Shown in pieces: positions 14,431 through 26,317 of a DNA stretch of 64,000 nt. Positions within the stretch are counted from its first letter, which is position 1, and each line of letters starts with the position of its first letter. The position numbers and the translations under genes were made by a program. Under the pieces are notes generated by a model. That model was not told the DNA's origin and did not search any database. It worked only from the letters and a program-made list of their open reading frames with translations. This DNA is from Macrostomum hystrix (Eukaryota > Animalia > Platyhelminthes), in NCBI GenBank assembly GCA_950097015.1, contig CATNEN010000012.1, positions 124,001 through 188,000 of the forward strand, written 5' to 3'.

Positions 14431-15260
14431 GGAGCGCTCTGTTATATGGCGTCATTGGTTCTCTGTTGCTGGGAAGACATTGTTCAACTGATTGATGTGT
14501 AGGAATAAAGGAATGTTGTTTGCATCATTTACATAAAAATCTAGATATAGATAATGACATTCATCATTCGTTTCCGTGCATTTTTTCTATTTCTATTTTT
14601 TGATAATTTATGAACTGTAGTGTACTGTAGTGTAGTGGACTGGAGAGTCTAAACAATCGGGAGAGTGCATTGGAGAGTCTAGACATTAGGGAGAGTGTAC
14701 AGGATAATCTATAAAGGTCAGACAGGTGACTGTAATGGACAACTAGGGATTGTCAATGGACTGTGAAGACAATACAATGCAGCCAATGGATCGTGAGGCA
14801 GCCATTCCCAACCACACCAGAGTGTCGTCTGTCGGCAGTTAAAATGCATCGAATGTCAAAGAATCTTTCACGGCAAATCTGATTTATGCATTTGTCCTTG
14901 CGTCGAAAACCGTGAAAGGTAGACAGAAGGTAGACCTGGCTAGTCAGGCTCTGGAGGGTTGAAAGCAGCAATAATAAATATAGACAGAAACAAGCCAGAA
15001 ATTGCATTCGAATGCTGAAGAAAAACTTTGGAAAAATTCACTGAAGGGTGGGGACGGGCAGGCGAGAGGCCAACAAATGGTAAACAGCGCAGCCATTGAT
15101 GCAGAAGAATAGATAAGGAGAAATTTGTAGATGGCATCAACTGCGCCACCCCAGCTGCACTGCCGGCCCGAGGACCAGGGCAGATAAGAAGGCCAGCTAC
15201 AATAAAACTGCTGCCTGGCAGACTTCACTGCTAAGGATTAGCCGAAGAATATATTGACAA

Positions 15261-18200
15261 ATGACGGTTCAGCTGCTCGGCCTGCTGCTTCTGGTGACCG
15301 CCGGGGCCGCCGAGCTCAACGTCTGGTTCGAGCGGCGCGTGCTGGAGACCGTGGTCTCCCAGATGCTGCTGAGCGCCAACAACCCCCTCCGACCCCGGTG
15401 CAAGCCTAAGAGTGAGGGACAGCCTGGCTCCTGACACCCGGGGCCCCGTGACTCCAAGCTCTCAGTTCCTAAGAATGTAACTGACCCTCAGTTCTCATCC
15501 CCTGAAATCCCTCTTACACCCTCAGTTCTCATCCCCTGAAATCCCTCTTACACCCTTAGTTCTCGCCTCCCTGAAATATCCCTGATATCCCCCTTACACC
15601 CTTAGTTCTCGTCTCCCTGAAATATCCCTGAAATACCCCTGAAATCCCCCTTACATCCTTAGTTCTCGCCTCCCTGAAATATCCCTGATATCCCCCTTAC
15701 ACCCTTAGTTCTCGCCTCCCTGAAATATCCCTGATATCCCCCTTACACCCTTAGTTCTCGTCTCCCTGAAATACCCCTGATATCCCCCTTACACCCTTAG
15801 TTCTCGTCTCCCTGAAATATCTCTGAAATACCCCTGAAATCCCCCTTACATCCTTAGTTCTCGCCTCCCTGAAATATCCCTGATATCCCCCTTACACCCT
15901 TAGTTCTCGTCTCCCTGAAATATCCCTGAAATACCCCTTACACCCTTAGTTCTCGCCTCCCTGAAATATCCCTGAAATCTCCCTGAATTATCTTTTAAAA
16001 AGACTCCATGTAATCTAACAGAAAGTATTTTAGTCTCCCTAAACCCATCTGTTTTCAGCTCTCTAAAATCTCCCAGAAGTCTCCCCACACTCTCAGTTCT
16101 CTGCAATCCTCTTCGCGCACGCTTAACTTACTTTCTAAGAAATCATGTCAGCCATCAGATTTAATTTGCCTGGTCCCTCATAATGATCATGCGTTCTCGC
16201 CTGATTTCTCTTCACCAAATCCACCTGACACCCTCCAGATGGCTTGGACCAGCTTCTGCACCGTCTAACAACGGACCGCTACCCAATTGTGGCTGACGGA
16301 CACCTTCTGTCCAACCTTTACTTCGACTCTTCGTCTGGCACAGGTGTGACTCTGGCCTTCGCTCTCAACAGCTTCACCCTGCACTGGTCCACAGCTGCCA
16401 GAGACGCACGGCTGCAGCCCGATAGGGTGAGTGAGGACTAAATTATTTACTCTCTCCCGGTTCCCTTTATCTGTTTTCTCCCTCTCTCTAACCTCCCTCT
16501 CTCTCTAACCTCCCTCTCTCTCTAACCTCCCTCTCTCTCTAACCTCCCTCTCTCTCTAACCTCCCTATCTCTCTAACCTCCCTCTCTCTCTATCCTCCTC
16601 TCTCTCTAACCTCCCTATCTCTCTAACCTCCCTCTCTCTCTATCCTCCTCTCTCTCTAACCTCCCTCTCTCTCTAACCTCCCTCTCTCTCTAACCTCCCT
16701 CTCTCTCTAACCTCCCTATCTCTCTAACCTCCCTCTCTCTCTATCCTCCTCTCTCTCTAACCTCCCTATCTCTCTAACCTACCTCTCTCTGTTATCTCCC
16801 TTTCTCCCAACTCCCTCTCCCACCTATTCCACCATGCTTCCCATCGGGTTCCGAGTTCAGCAATTTCACCGAACTAGACAAACTGATAGATAAATGCCTG
16901 TCCACAATGCCAGGTGCAGTACAAGTTCGTGAGTCTGCAGTCTTACAATACATCTGTGCTGCAGCACCCAAGGCTGGACATCGCTGATGAAGGATTTGTA
17001 CCAGTTGCCGAGACATGTGAGTCTGGAATCAGAGACATTGCCGAGACATGTCGCTCTTAAGCTACTATAAGTAGGCATGTTACCGATTTCAAAGATTGAT
17101 TTTCAGATCATTTAAAGAAATAATCCTCATTTGCGCCATCACCGAATTTGAGCAGCCTTCCAGTTGAGTCTGCAGTGCTCAAATCGCGTCAGCGGAGTTG
17201 CCGAATTCGAAATTCACGCCGTCTTCCAGTGGCCCGACCGGCCTGAAAAACGCTCACTGTCCATGCAGCACAAGTTCCGCAAGGCCTGCCTGGCAACCAG
17301 TGAGTCACTGCTGCTCAATTATAGTAGATACATGGTACACTCTGCACACACATTGTACACTCTGCGCACACATTGTACACTCTGCGCACACATTTTACAC
17401 TCTGCACACACATTGGACACTCTGCACACACATTGTACACTCTGCACACACATTGGACACTCTGCACACACATTGTACACTCTGCACACACATTGGACAC
17501 TCTGCACACACATTGGACACTCTGCACACACATTGGACACTCTGCGCACACATTGGACACTCTGCGCACACATAGGACACTCTGCACACACATTGGACAC
17601 TCTGCACACACATTGGACACTCTGCACACACATTTGACACTCTGCACACACATTGGACACTCTGCACACACATTGGACACTCTGCACACACATTGGACAC
17701 TCTGCACACACATTGGACACTCTGCACACACATTGTACACTCTGCACACACATTGTACACTCTGCACACACATTGGACACTCTGCACACACATTGGACAC
17801 TCTGCGCACACATTGGACACTCTGCGCACACATAGGACACTCTGCACACACATTGGACACTCTGCACACACATTTGACACTCTGCACACACATTGGACAC
17901 TCTGCACACACATTGGACACTCTGCGCACACATAGGACACTCTGCACACACATTGGACACTCTGCACACACATTGGACACTCTGCGCACACATTGGACAC
18001 TCTGCGCACACATTGGACACTCTGCGCACACATTGGACACTCTGCACACACATTGGACACTCTGCACACACATTGGACACTCTGCACACACATTGGACAC
18101 TCTGCACACACATTGGACACTCTGCACACACATTTGACACTCTGCACACACATTGGACACTCTGCACACACATTGGACACTCTGCGCACACATTGGACAC

Positions 18201-19081
18201 TCTGCGCACACATTGGACACTCTGCGCACACATTGGACACTCTGCACACACATTGGACACTCTGCACACACATTTGACACTCTGCCCACACATTGGACAC
18301 TCTGCACACACATTGGACACTCTGCGCACACATTGGACACTCTGCACACACATTGGACACTCTGCACGCACATTGGACACTCTGCACACACATTGGACAC
18401 TCTGCACACACATTGGACACTCTGCACACACATTGGACACTCTGCGCACACATTGGACACTCTGCGCACACATTGGACACTCTGCGCACACATTGGACAC
18501 TCTGCACACACATTGGACACTCTGCACACACATTGGACACTCTGCACACACATTGGACACTCTGCACACACATTGGACACTTAGTAGACACCCCGCTACT
18601 TAGTAGACACCCCGCTACTTAGTAGACACCCTGCTACTTAGTAGACACCCCGCTACTTAGTAGACACCCCGCTACTTAGTAGACACCCCGCCACTCAGTA
18701 ATTAGAAGACACCCGAACACTCATGATTGTCCAGATGACCTGCTGGAGCTGAAGCACAAGTGTCACTGCCGTAAGCTGTGTGAGCAACGGATTCGCCTCA
18801 AACAACGCCGGAATCGCCGTAAAAAGGACAGGCAAGCTTCCGAATTCTCTGCCGCCAAACCGACTTCATCGTCGACCATGGAGTCTCGACAGGAGAAGCG
18901 TCGACAGCGACGACTTCTAGAAAGAAATGGCGCCAAGACCATAAAGCGCCGTCTTCGGCAGCGTCGGCGTCGTGAACGTCGCCGCCGACTGCGCCGCCGC
19001 AGGAAGCAGTGCCAGGCGGAGTGTCGCCTGGAATGTCGCGCTAAGCCAAAGAGCTGTGATGACTCCCCGGCATCGCCCTGA
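15261..19081 (+). CDS. Secreted WIF-domain protein (~310 aa) with Cys-flanked poly-Arg C-terminal tail; no EGF repeats, TM segment or kinase
   Basis: Exons 15261-15411, 16239-16426, 16914-17016, 17156-17299, 18735-19081, all GT-AG and phase-compatible. Signal peptide MTVQLLGLLLLVTAGA; segments ELNVWFE, YPIVADGHL, LNSFTLHW, YKFVSLQS..HPRLDI..GFVP, FQLSLQC..SGVAEFEI, KFRKAC align in order with the WIF1/RYK WIF domain as recalled (SLYLWID, ILIVSEGKM, IHSMNFTW, YEFLSLRS..DPTVNV..GTVP, VQVGFPC..DGVAAFEV, IFFKTC). Confidence 0.8.
15480..15990. repeat. Intronic minisatellite, ~46-bp unit CCCTTAGTTCTCGCCTCCCTGAAATATCCCTGATATCCCCCTTACA
   Basis: Direct periodicity with longer variants; in intron 1 of the WIF gene. 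Confidence 0.92.
16478..16790. repeat. Intronic minisatellite, 17-bp unit CTCTCTCTCTAACCTCC
   Basis: Direct periodicity; in intron 2 of the WIF gene. Confidence 0.93.
17337..18580. repeat. Intronic minisatellite, 20-bp unit ACACTCTGCACACACATTGG, ~62 copies
   Basis: Highly homogeneous array; in intron 4 of the WIF gene. Confidence 0.98.
18580..18697. repeat. Minisatellite, 19-bp unit ACTTAGTAGACACCCCGCT
   Basis: About 6 copies abutting the 20-bp array. Confidence 0.92.
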
Positions 19082-20780
19082 CTGATCGCTGACTGATGAC
19101 CTGGATGAAAATAACTGGAAGAGCTCGAGGCCGTTACGCAACCGAGATCCATGAAATTCACTTTCTGAATTTATTTGGTCGCGTTTTTTCACCGATTAGT
19201 TAATAGAATTCGGGTCGTTTCAGAAACACGAAATTTCACAAACGAATTTTCGGATTTTTTTCAGTCTACAAAGTTTGTAAAGGCTGCCTCATCTCCAGTT
19301 CCTTTTATTGATTCAGAAACTTCACGAATTCGGAAGCGACCCTAAAAGTTATTCCCATGAAGAAACTATTTAAGGCATCAGGCAAGGTAGCTAATTTTGG
19401 TGTAGATATTTTTAGAATAATGCTTCGGCTGATTGGATTCATTCTGGAATAAAAATTTCTTGAGTTTATCAACTTAGTTTTTCTTTCTTTCTTTCTATCG
19501 GTACCTAGCCGATGATGAAAGGACAAAGGACGATTTAGCATGTGCTTTTGACATTGTTAACAAAACGCTTTAAAATACATAATCGATATAATAAAAATAA
19601 CAATGAAACATGTTTCCTAATGCTTTTGAAACAGTGCTTCGCAATTTGAGCATCAAAGCTTGATCGGCAACTATTACCAACTGAGCTTTATCTAAGCAGG
19701 GACTATACTCAAACATGCAAAGTTCTGAAGCTGTTTGATAACCAATACTTTCTTTAAGTGGCTAGTTAGGAAAACAACAATTACAGTGCAGGAGCACCTG
19801 AAAAAGCTCAGAAGCACCTGAAGAAGAATTGTGCTAGTTGTAATATTAAATTTTATAATGCAACAACTGCTTGGCGAAAGGATTTTACTCACTTGATCTA
19901 ATATATAGTAATCTGTGGGCTATATTTTTTGTCACCCAAAGGGTACGGGGTGCCTAATCTCATCCGCAATGCTAATTTGAACACTTCAAGCTCTGCACTA
20001 GAAACCGGTCTGCGTTCCTTCAGACAGGTAAACTGAGAAGGCAGTTGAGATAGAGAGCAATACTAGGTAGCTAATGGATAGGACAGGGTGAGTGCGTGTT
20101 TGTTCTCATCGGGGGTGGGTGCCGCTGTACGGGGCTACTCTTGCCTCTCAATTTGAAGGCCGAATTAAGTATAAATAGAACTCACAGAAGAGACAACTCC
20201 ACACTGGAGCGATAGAAGAGAAAACTTATAAGCACTGACTAATGCGAAGCAAATTATTAAGCTCTGGTGCTTTCCTGTCGCACAATTTCTCCCGTCTAAG
20301 AAATCATTGAGCGGATACAAAGAGGCGAAATGTCAGGGCTTTTCAGTGAGTTTGCCGCCTGATTTTGTGCAATTAGAGAGTTAATTAATCAATTCCCTTG
20401 TTTCTTTAATTTAGATATTGTCAACAGTTTCAGGCTATCACAATTCCAGATTTATTCAATTTTATTAGTTGCTCATTTTATTAGACATTTCTTAAAGTAC
20501 ATACTCGTACTCGTAAACATACTCGTATTTCTTAGAAATCCAGAGTTATTAGAATCCAGACTTATTCGTATGGACATTGATTTCCTAGAATTCAAGATTT
20601 CTAAAAAGTCAATGTTTTTTTAAATCCCAGATTTCTTAGAATTCTTTATTTCTTAGAATTCAAGGTTTTTTAATTCCAAATTTCTTAGAATTCCATATTT
20701 ATTAAAATTACGAATTTCTGATAAATCCAGGTTTCTTAGAATTCCAGATTTTTTTGGCGCGCCTAAATCTATCATTGCAG

Positions 20781-23700
20781 CTCGAAGGCCTAGTAAGCCC
20801 TGTTCGAATTGCGAAACGTTGGCGGCTAATGTGGAAGAGCTCAAGCAGACACTAAAGAAAAGTAATGGGCACTCTTTCGTATTTTTTTTACTCATTCGAT
20901 TAGGCTTAGTGTCTGAATTTAAGAGGGGCAGCCGCAGAGTGAAGGCCTGTTGTGTCGCCAAATGATAATAGGTCTGCGGCCTTAGTCAGCCAGAAAGAAT
21001 TTTTTAATTGTGTTTTTTTTTAGTAACACTTACATATTTTTAAAAAAATTCCAGCTTACGATGAGTTTCAAAAGAGTCAGACCGAGTTTAGACAACAGGT
21101 GAGTGAGTTGAATTGATTCTTTTCTTCGGGTGTGCTTTTAATCGACGATAAAAATCTACGATTGGTACTATTTACCAGCGGGGGGTCGGTGGCAGGGCGG
21201 TTAACGCGTTTGCCTCTCGCACCAAGGTCCCTGAGTTCGATTCCGCGGCGAGGCCACATTTATTTGGGGCGCAGCCGCGGAGAGAAGGCTTGGGGGCTTG
21301 TCGTGCAATTTACGCCATTGACGGCCAACCTCCAAGGCGCAGGGAAGTGTACACTGCCTGACGATGAGAAAGTCAGAGCGGATGTACACAGCTGTGTGAA
21401 CGTATGCCTGTGTACGTGTCTGTGTGCGTGTGTGCTCAGGAGTCAGCGGAATGGGCAGAATTGCCTCCTCACTGGCTGCGTGTCTAGTGTCACCAAATGA
21501 TGTGCCACTGCCCGCAGTTCTCCTGCAATTATTATTATTATATACAATTTACCTGCTGCCGTTGTGTCTTTCAGATTGAATCTATGAAGCTGGAATTAAA
21601 AGTGAAGCAGGCGGAGCTGAAGACCCGGGATCAGCGTGAGTAAACATTTTCAAGCAGTCGTTTGTCTATGACCGTAACCAGAAGTGAATAATGGGAATCC
21701 TTTTTACCCTAGTAGCTCACTATAATATGCTTCTAAGAAGCAAGGATTTATTGTTGCACGCTTCAACTGTCTATGGGTAAGAGGCTCCAGTGCCAGTCTG
21801 GCTCTAGTCTGAGTAAACAAAAGCCGACAGTACTCAGGGGGCTGGCTGCTCAGTTTAGGATCCTTGTTTAACTGAGCAGTATTCACAGGATGCTATCTAT
21901 CCATGCTGCTCTATTGTTCATTGGGCGAAGGTGAGTGAGTGATGGTCAACAATACTGAGGTGTGTTTGAGAATTGTTGCTCGAAGACAGATAGGAAAATG
22001 AATTCCGTATTCACATGCGTCTTTGCCACAAACAGAATAGCAAACTCTCTTTTGTGCGTGGCTGTGTATTGCTATTGCCTGGGACTGTGTTGAAGGCAGT
22101 AAGAAAACAAAAATAATATTCTATTTCATTTGAATTGTGTGAAACAGTGCAATATTAGGGATCCATTATCCACGGACCACTGTAGTAGAACTGTAGTATG
22201 ACTGTACTAGAATGGTCCTAACTATTAAAAGGGACATTTCAGCTTAAATTGACATTGCGACGTTGAATGTCAGCTTCAAGAGTGACATCGTGAGAGTAAA
22301 AGTCAGCATTGAGAGTGACATTGCGAGGGGGTGTCATTGTCGAGAGTAAATTGTGAGGGAAATGATAGTATTGAACATGCCGCATTCTTCACTTCCTCGC
22401 AGAGGCGGAGCTGGAGCGTGGCAGAGCAGCCGGGCTCAGGCAGCAGCTGAAAATCAGCCGCATCTACCAGCAGGTGGCGGTCAGCACGTGCGCAGATCTC
22501 GAGAGAGAGAAGCGGGAACTGCGCACCCGAAGCTGCATGATCGTGGACAAGTTGCTGTCCATGCCTGGCCAAGTCGGAGTCGCAGCCTCCGCTCTTGTCG
22601 ACTCTGGCGGCGTTGACGATGGTCTCCTATCCCCGTCTTTGATAAATGTCATTGAGGAGCTAATTGGCGACGATGACGCTGATCAGGACGACTGTTCACC
22701 GACCGGCGGCAATGAAAGCCCCGTGCGTCGACGCAAGCCGTCGCTCCCAACGGAGCCTCAACTGACTGAGCACATGCTGCAGGTGGTTCGACAGAGCTTC
22801 GTCGAGAACTGCCAGAGCAAGGAACCGAAGAGAAATAACAGAAATGAGGAGGAAGACGATAATTTCAGCCTTGAAGTTCCAACTAAGCAGCAGCAAGAGC
22901 AAGAACAAGATGAGGTCTATGAGGTCTTTGATCAAGAATCGCCGAAACCGAAGCCAACTCAATCGGAGTCTGAGCAGCAGCAGCTTCACCTAGAGGATGA
23001 AGAAAATGATGTCTATGAGGAAGCAGAAATCTCGTTGACTGAAGCGTCGCCGGAACCGAAGCCAAGGCTGTCGGAGTCACAGCAGCAGCAGCCAGAGGAA
23101 GAGCCGCAAAAGGAAGAACAAGATGAGGTATTTGAGAAAGCCGAAATCTCAGTGACTGAAGCGTCGCCGAAACCGAAGCCAAGGCTGTCGGAGTCACAGC
23201 AGCAGCAGCAGTCAAAGCCGCCGAAGCTACCAAAGCCAATTCTAAGACAGGCATCAAGGAGGCAGGCGGGCGGAGAACGCAAAGACCTCAGCCTGGTACC
23301 GGAGTCCGAAGAAGAGACGGACAGGCTGGGAGAGAATGAGGCGACTATCCACTTGGGCGAGGAAAATCAGGAAGAGAATGCAGACATCCGAATCGAGCTG
23401 GCAACCAACAATACAGAGCAGCTGGAAAATGTGAGCATGCTCCAAACTTTAATAATAATAGTAATAATAATAATAATTGCAGGAGGGCTGCGGGCAATGG
23501 CACATCATTTGGTGACACTAGACCCGCAACCAGCGAGGAGGCAATTCTGCCCATTCCGCTGACTGCTGAGCACACAAGCACACAGATACCGTACGCAGGC
23601 ACACGCTCACACAGGTGAATATATCCGCCCTGACTTTCTCATCGTCAGGCAGTGTGCACTTACCTGTGCCTTGGAGGTTGGCCGTCAAGGGCGTAAATTG

Positions 23701-24737
23701 CACGACAAGACCCCAAGCCTTCTCTCCGTGGCTGCGCCCCAAATAAATGTGGCCTCGCCGCGGAATCGAACCCAGGGACGTTGGGTGCGAGAGGCAAACG
23801 CGTTAACCGCCCTGCCACCGACCCCCTGCTTCAAGCCTTTTTCCGCGTAAACCCATATATGCATTCATGTTTTTGGTTTCCACGAAATACTTCCAGATTG
23901 GCACCATAGACGACATGCTAGAGGCTCTGCGTCAGGCTTCGCAGACGGCGATCCAACGTGAATGCGGCTGCGACAGACAGCTGGACCTAGCCGTGACTGC
24001 CTTGCTGCGGGTGAAGCGCGGTAAGCCTATAGATTGAGGCGGCGCAAACATGCTACCAATGCCTGCTTGTGCGCATCTGCTTGTTCTTTGTAACTCGAAA
24101 AAACCATATTATTTTGTAGACGCGGAGGAGCACAAACGGCAGCTCAGAGATCTTGATGACCAGATCAACGAGCTGAAAATCAAAGCCTCCCGTCCGCCGC
24201 CTCCGCCGATCGCACCGCCGCCGCCGCCGCCGCCGACGCCGCCGCCAACGCCGTCGTTCCTGAATAAATACAATATTGGAAAGAAAAATCGAAATCGTAA
24301 GCAGGATTTCTTTGAGTTGAGCTACTCTTACTCTTGGAGCTTGTTCTAATCCTATGCACTGTCACTGACCCCCGGGCAGTTCTATTCTATGAACCCCGCG
24401 ATTTTCTGTGAATAAATATTATTTACGATTTCATTGAATAGAAGCATTTTACTCAATACGCGCAGAGCTCGCCAAAGTCTCTTCCTTCGACGAAACTCTA
24501 ATCGAGAGCCTGAAAAACGAGCTGAAAGCGAAACTGAGCGGCGGCTGCAAGGTCCTCCGCCCGACTGTCCCGCGTCACACGCCGCCCTCCGCCGTCGCAA
24601 CCACCGCTGCCGCCGGCGGTGACTCCGAGGTTGACGAGCAGCTGAAGAAGCGAATGGCTAAGATCCGGCATCGGCTGTCGTCCTACCGGCCCGCTCCGGT
24701 GGATGAGCCGCGTGCCATCTTCATGGACCGACTCTAG
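20781..24737 (+). CDS. SHTN1: Shootin-1-like coiled-coil, polyproline and WH2-like protein; start exon not resolved
   Basis: Exons 20781-20861, 21055-21098, 21575-21635, 21889-21930, 22403-23430, 23897-24020, 24120-24296, 24466-24737 (phase-compatible). QLKISRIYQQVAVSTCADLEREKRELRTRSCMI resembles shootin LEIEKTCRESAEALATKLNKENKTLKRISML; coiled coil followed by PPPPPIAPPPPPPP and LKNELKAKLSGGCKVLRP (cf. MMDRIKKGVHLRP). Confidence 0.65.
21178..21542 (+). mobile_element. tRNA-derived SINE, copy 1 (full length)
   Basis: A-box-like TGGCAGGGCGG, B-box GAGTTCGATTCC, conserved body, (ATT)n tail, imperfect TSD TACTATTTACCAGC/TACAATTTACCTGC. Confidence 0.88.
23450..23826 (-). mobile_element. tRNA-derived SINE, copy 2 (full length)
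   Basis: Reverse complement of copy 1 with high identity, including the (AAT)n tail at the left end. Confidence 0.88.
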
Positions 24738-24844
24738 ACCTAAAACCGCAAGCAGTGCTTTGATTGGTTCGCTGTTCTTACTGACTTCTATTTGTAATAG
24801 GGATGTTTCGATAGTTTTCAACAGCTTTTATCGAATCCGGATTG

Positions 24845-25060
24845 GCTAGCTCTCAAAATCTTCTATCCGATCCTGATTGGCCAGCTCTCAAAATCTTCTA
24901 TCCGATCCTGATTGGCCAGCTCTCAAAAACTTCTATCCAATCCTGATTGGCCAGCTCTCAAAAACTTCTATCCAATCCTGATTGGCCAGCTCTCAAAATC
25001 TTCTATCCAATCCTGATTGGCCAGCTCTCAAAAACTTCTATCCAATCCTGATTGGCCGGC
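24845..25060. repeat. Minisatellite, 35-bp unit TCCTGATTGGCCAGCTCTCAAAAACTTCTATCCAA
   Basis: About 6 copies. Confidence 0.94.
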
Positions 25061-25519
25061 TATGAAATGAACTTGCAAATGGCATGTTTCTGATGAATGT
25101 TTTAAAACATTTGCTTCATGTTGAAGGTTTTTCAAACACAAATTCTTGTTTGCATATACGTGCGTAAATTAATTTTTTCCTAATCAAGCAAGCCAACGAG
25201 TGTGCCTTTTGCATGCAGTGCTGACATTCCTAAAAAACTCAATAAAAAGCAGCTTTTGCCTTTTTGGCTTCTACGCTCGTACGTTTTTATCTTTGATAAA
25301 AAATTATTTTCCAAAAACGAATTATCCACGTTTATTGAACTTAAACACATATTTTTCGATACCTGAGCAGATAACTTTGTAAATTCCAATCCCAATCAAT
25401 TCATATGAAAAAGTACTTTTACAATTCCCACTTCATTTCTACTTGACGCGATTTCGTTTTCAAGACTTTTGTACTCTTGCACTTCTGGTTCCATGTACTT
25501 TGCATGTTCGCTTTTAATT

Positions 25520-25910
25520 TTTATTCTATAATATCCCACATACTTCACATACACATGCTTCACATAGACATGCTTCACATACACATACTTCACATACACA
25601 TGCTTCACATACACATACTTCACATACACATACTTCACATACACATACTTCACATACACATACTTCACATACACATACTTCACATACACATACTTCACAT
25701 ACATATACTTCACATACACATACTTCACATACACATACTTCACATACACATACTTCACATACATATACTTCACATACACATACTTCACATACACATACTT
25801 CACATACACATACTTCACATACACATACTTCACATACACATACTTCACATACACATACTTCACATACACATACTTCACATACACATACTTCACATACACA
25901 TGCTTCAAAC
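25520..25910. repeat. Minisatellite, 15-bp unit CACATACACATACTT
   Basis: Direct periodicity. Confidence 0.96.
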
Positions 25911-26317
25911 ATGAAGTAAGCATGCTTTATCAGACAAAAGTTTTAAATTTAAAGACGACAATATATATATTTACTCTGCACTAGTGAAGCTCAGTTTATT
26001 ATTGCACACAAAAATTGCCTAAATAACCGAAATGCTTTGTTCCTTGTGAATATCGGAAAGCGAGTACAACTCCAACCGGCCGTTACAAATGAAGAGAGTT
26101 AAATTAGAATAATAAAGCAGGCTGTAACTAATGCCGTCATGATAAGTTAAGCAACAGGAAAATGCACCCTAAGCAAACAGAAACAAAACTTATCGTTGGC
26201 CTATAGCTTTACAGATTCTGAGCAAATCTCCCATAGCCTAGTACGCGTCTACGGAATGCTTTAGAAAACTCCAAAGTGATTCAGGGAAATGGGGATATAG
26301 AATGAAGAGTTTTCGCC

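Noticed and set aside
14826-14920. CIECQRIFHGKSDLCICPC zinc-finger-like peptide
   Set aside because: Short, lacks the His pair, bounded by stops, with no convincing splice sites.
15261-16426. Cys-loop ligand-gated ion channel N-terminus (NPLRP...DARLQ)
   Set aside because: Later exons align with the WIF domain, and there is no Cys-loop or TM helices.
17315-18622. Cys/His-rich ORFs of ~400 aa (CAECPMCVQSVQC; HTLDTLHTHW) that look like metal-binding proteins
   Set aside because: They are the 20-bp intronic tandem array inside WIF intron 4.
21181-21255. tRNA gene at the SINE head
   Set aside because: Acceptor and anticodon stems do not close, and the sequence continues into the SINE body in all copies.
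21345-21395. Hammerhead-like CUGACGA...GAAA-GUC within the SINE body
   Set aside because: Only 3 nt lie between CUGANGA and GAAA, there is no stem III, GAAA is not conserved among copies, and the competing CTGAC/GTCAG hairpin sequesters the core.
25396-25923. (YVKYV)n, (HIHIL)n and (VCEVC)n ORFs
   Set aside because: 15-bp tandem repeat.
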